Source: Macrostomum lignano (taxonomy: Eukaryota). From it: a stretch of 64,000 bases of DNA. Position numbers and translations under genes: made by a program. Position 1 is the first letter of the stretch. Every line of letters begins with the position of its first letter. Below the pieces are notes generated by a model. That model saw only the letters and a program-made list of their open reading frames with translations. It made no database searches and was not told where the DNA came from. The stretch lies in contig NIVC01001089.1 of NCBI GenBank assembly GCA_002269645.1, positions 248,001-312,000 of the forward strand, written 5' to 3'. Shown here in pieces: positions 40,915 to 64,000 of the stretch.

Positions 40915-42656
40915 TTGCGGAATAATTGTTTCGTGTTGGTCACACTTTTTTAAATTCAAACACGTAGAATTTAGGTCCGTACATGTAGCTAAAAAACAAT
41001 TCAGTAAAACAAAACAACTTGCGACACATTTTTTAACTATTTAGAGACAATAAAATCAAGATGAATTTATCGTTTTTAAAATTCATAGAGCTGACATAAA
41101 ATCGCTTAAAATTCTTAATCAGGATCGTTAAAATTAATGTACTCGTACTTGTATTATGAATATTTTAGTCATAGTATACCTGTTTATTGAAATATTTCAT
41201 TTAATTATTTTTTCGGAAATAATTCTTTAACGCGTTTTGGAACTTCAGAGTTGACTCTTTTAATTTAAAGTAACTTTTTAACGCAAGGTCAATAATATAT
41301 AACTATCGTCAATATTTTGCAAAAACTGCGGTTAATTTTGCTTGTTATTTTAAAGTAAATGTATAAAGGAACAAAAGTTTATTTTACAATAAATCACACA
41401 AACACAGCGCAAAAAGCTTTCAGTTCAATTGCAGACAAATTGGACAAAGTTGCTTTATCTCATAAAAATTATTAAACACGTGCGCTAAATATTAATTTAA
41501 AAGCAGTAGACTTTTTAGCTACTTAGTCAGTAGTATGAAGCAATTTCGTCGTCGACTGATAAACGGAAGCAAAGTCAATAAAAAAGCATCAACTGTACGC
41601 CTTAGGGAATAATGGAGCGATTAACTTAGGTGATAAAATAGGCCTATATATAGACTATAGGCCCAGACACTGAACGAACTCAAATGTAAGTTTTTATTGT
41701 TTCAACGTTTTTTCGGCACAACCGGCCAATCGAGACAGTTGTAATGGCCCATTCCACTGACTCCTGAGCAGATACACGAATAGGCAAACTTCGTGCACGC
41801 AGAATCAAAGCACCATCCTCAACTGAGGATTTCTAAATCTAAATACGATTTCTTGAGTTAATAGCCCGGAACTTGACTAACAGCCACGGACTTCTAAAAA
41901 TAGTATCTGGACTGCACTGCCTCTCGCTAGCAACTTTTCCAAGTGATATGTTAATCTTAAAGCAAACTAAAACATATTACTCTAAAGTAGGCTGTTGCTT
42001 AAACTTATCAGAATAATTTGCAAGACTTTGATTTATCAATAGATTGTATTTTTAAAAAATTTATCAAAGCCATTATTAGAATAATTTTATGCAGAAACTG
42101 CAGATCTTATATTTTATTATTAGTTTATCCTTTTAAAAATTCTATTAAGCAACAAAAACACACAATTTTGAAAATGTTCCACTTAAAATACGTAAAATAA
42201 AATAAAATAGTTAAGCATATGTGCACGCTGCTATAAGTAGTATCACACCAATGCAGAATAAAGAAAGTTACTATTAGGGAAAACAATTGACGGCATTGAC
42301 AACAATCAAAGCTGTCAAGCTTAAATAAAAAGAAATCAGACGCTACATGTTGGGAACTAGTTAACCCGGAAATTTTGATATCATTTTTAACAAAGTATAA
42401 AGCTACTCAGAAGCCGAAAACATCAAAAGAATAATAAAAAAATTACTTCTTAATGTTGTCCGGCAAAATTAAAAGAAACTCGCTACATCAGTGGCATACC
42501 AATCTTAGACAAACTTGACTACTTACGGTGAATAGCAGTAGTAGAAATAGGACTTTTTATTAACTTCATTTACTCCTAGGACTAGGACTTAGGACTCTTA
42601 ATATTCCACAAAAGTGATCTGTCAGACCTGATCTGACAGAGATCTGTAACTTCACG

Positions 42657-43634
42657 ACAAAGATCTGTCACTCGATGACTAAGAGATCTGTCACTCCAGG
42701 ACTAAGAGATCTGTCACTCCATGACTAAGAGATCTGTCACTCCAGGACTAAGAGATCTGTCACTCCAGGACTAAGAGATCTGTCACTCCAGGACTAAGAG
42801 ATCTGTCACTCCGTGCCCAAGAGATCTGTCACTCCAGGACTAAGAGATCTGTCACTCCAGGACTAATAGTCTGTCACTCCACAACCAAGAGATATGTCAC
42901 TCTAGGACAAAGAGATCTGTCACTCCGTGCCCAAGAGATATGTCACTCCGTGCCCAAGAGATATGTCACTCCGTGCCCAAGAGATCTGTCACTCCGTGCA
43001 CAAGAGATCTGCCACTCCGTGCCCAAGAGATCTGTCACTCCGTGCCCAAGAGATCTGTCACTCCGTGCCCAAGAGATATGTCACTCCGCGCCCAAGAGAT
43101 CTGTCACTCCGTGCCCAAGAGATCTGTCACTCCAGGACTAAGAGATCTGTCACTCCATGACTAAGAGATCTGTCACTCCAGGACTAAGATATCTGTCACT
43201 CCGGGACTAAGAGATCTGTCACTCCAGGACTAAGAGATCTGTCACTCCAGGACTAAGAGATCTGTCACTCCAGGACTAAGAGATCTGTCACTCCAGGACT
43301 AAGAGATCTGTCACTCCGTGCCAAACAGATCTGTCACTCCGTGTCCAAGAGATCTGTCACTCCAGGACTAATAGTCTGCCACTCCGTGCCCAAGAGATCT
43401 GTCACTCCGTGCCAAAGAGATATGTCACTCCGCGCCCAAGAGATCTGTCACTCCGTGCCCAAGAGATCTGTCACTCCGTGCCCAAGAGATCTGTCACTCC
43501 GCGCACAAGAGATCTGCCACTCCGTGTCCAAGAGATCTGTCACTCCGTGCCCAAGAGATCTGCCACTCCGTGCCCAAGAGATCTGTCACTCCGTGCCAAA
43601 GAGATATGTCGCTCCGCGCCCAAGAGATATGTCA
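42657..43634. repeat. 23-bp minisatellite just 3' of the copine stop, ~43 copies
   Basis: Two interspersed variants, ccaagagatctgtcactccgtgc and ctaagagatctgtcactccagga. Confidence 0.96.
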
Positions 43635-43851
43635 CCCTGTCGCATTTTCCCATAGAAACCAATCCTCAGAAGAAACAATTAAAACCAAAGCTTAATAAGA
43701 ACAGCTGAACACAAAAAATCAATACAATAATCGCAAGGCAGCCATGGGTTAAATTGCAGATGAGCCCAACTGACACACAAAAGTACACAGAAGACACAGT
43801 TTAAGCAGAGTTGAACGGGGCAGTCATTTTGCATTAAGATCCTCTCCGCCG

Positions 43852-62830
<18,979 letters not shown>

Positions 62831-63574
62831 CTGGAAAGATTGAATTCAGCGGTAAAATTTAAATCCACTACACATGGGGAGAATTTAGCCTTGTGATTGT
62901 ATTGCGACACAGTTTGGTATAACAGTACGTATGCAGCAGGTTAGAATATTACTATGTATCTCGTTAATTACAGTTAATCACACTTCAATACATCGAAACC
63001 CTACAGAAATTTTGGTAAAAAATCGTTTTGAAGGCCGATTTCGACAGAGATCAGCCTTAAACACCTTGTTGAAACTCAAGCAGAATTTTTTTTTAATTTC
63101 TCCATTTAATAAGATCTGCATAATATAGAAGTCAATACTGCATACTATTATATATTGTACTAATTAGTCTGCGATTTTATTTTACAGAAACAGTATAACA
63201 ATAGATTAAGAATGGGCATAAAAACCCCTCAGCCAGTTTTAACCAGTCCAGGCCAGGGTTTAGGAGAACAATAGACTTTAGCAGAGCTTAGAAGTGGAAT
63301 ATACTTGCACTTGCAGCATGTAATGCGGTACTCATGCAAAAAAACAGAGCGCTATGCTTACCAGCGTATAATCTCAAAAACCGTTCTAACAGCCAACTAA
63401 GGAAAAGAGTGCACGTGCACGTGATCTTACTACTAAGTAAATCACAAACTATTCAAACACAAAGTTCGGATTACACCGCTGCATCTTTGCAACTACGAGT
63501 AACTGTAAGCCCGAAGAATCCCATTCTTTTCAGCTTTTACCTTGCTTATCCTAATCTACGGCAGCCCATACGCC

Positions 63575-64000
63575 TGTCTGTCTGTCAGTCTGTGTGTCTG
63601 TGTGTCCGTATGTCTGTCTGTCTTAGTGTCTGTCTGTGTGTCTGTGTGTCTGTGTGTCCGTATGTTTGTGTGTCTTAGTGTCTGTGTGTCTGTGTGTCCG
63701 TATGTTTGTGTGTCTTAGTGTCTGTGTGTCTGTGTGTCCGTATGTCTGTGTGTCTGTCTGTGTGTCTGTGTGTCTGTGTGTCCGTATGTTTGTGTGTCTT
63801 AGTGTCTGTGTGTCTGTGTGTCCGTATGTCTGTGTGTCTTAGTGTCTGTGTGTCTGTGCGTCCGTATGTCTGTGTGTCTGTCTGTGTGTCTGTGTGTCCG
63901 TATGTCTGTGTGTCTGTCTGTGTGTCTGTGTGTCCGCATGTCTGTGTGTCTGTGTGTCTGTGTGTCCGTATGTCTGTGTGTCTTAGTGTCTGTCTGTGTG
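63575..64000. repeat. (GTGTCT)-rich compound repeat running off the window
   Basis: tgtgtgtc/cgtatgt/cttagtg modules. Confidence 0.92.

Noticed and set aside
63476-63501. Possible upstream copine exon (LLVVAKMQR, 26 nt, phase-compatible)
   Set aside because: Weak donor (GTGTAA) and poor resemblance to the copine beta-1 strand. The true first exon(s) may lie beyond the window.

Overview
Eukaryotic, intron-rich, repeat-rich invertebrate DNA. It is probably a Macrostomum-like flatworm, inferred from a LINE remnant I recognise from memory and could not verify. I assembled five protein-coding loci by hand from splice signals and reading-frame phase. (1) A + strand secreted F-type (fucose) lectin with a signal peptide, an acidic linker and three tandem FTLDs (6901-12342, possible last exon 12722-12780). 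(2) An intronless UQCRH on the - strand. (3) A two-exon GAPDH on the - strand. (4) An orphan, frameshifted, non-canonical FTLD exon on the + strand (40524-40914). (5) A near-complete 17-exon copine (C2A-C2B-vWA, ~537 codons) on the - strand, 43852-62830. The rest is AT-rich spacer, several MULE- and hAT-type non-autonomous elements with recognisable TIRs and TSDs, a decayed MULE with PHD and FLYWCH remnants, a LINE fragment, a SINE-like remnant and about 25 tandem arrays. Almost all long ORFs in the supplied track are translations of these arrays. The most notable items are: a frame-preserving 24-nt acidic microexon in the copine C2B Ca2+ loop, a degenerate copine C2A, long introns each filled by their own minisatellite, a direct-repeat-flanked copy of an unspliced copine segment inserted into a MITE, and patchwork homogenisation of the three cationic lectin domains behind an acidic pro-region. 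I found no clear wholly new system; the findings are graded accordingly.
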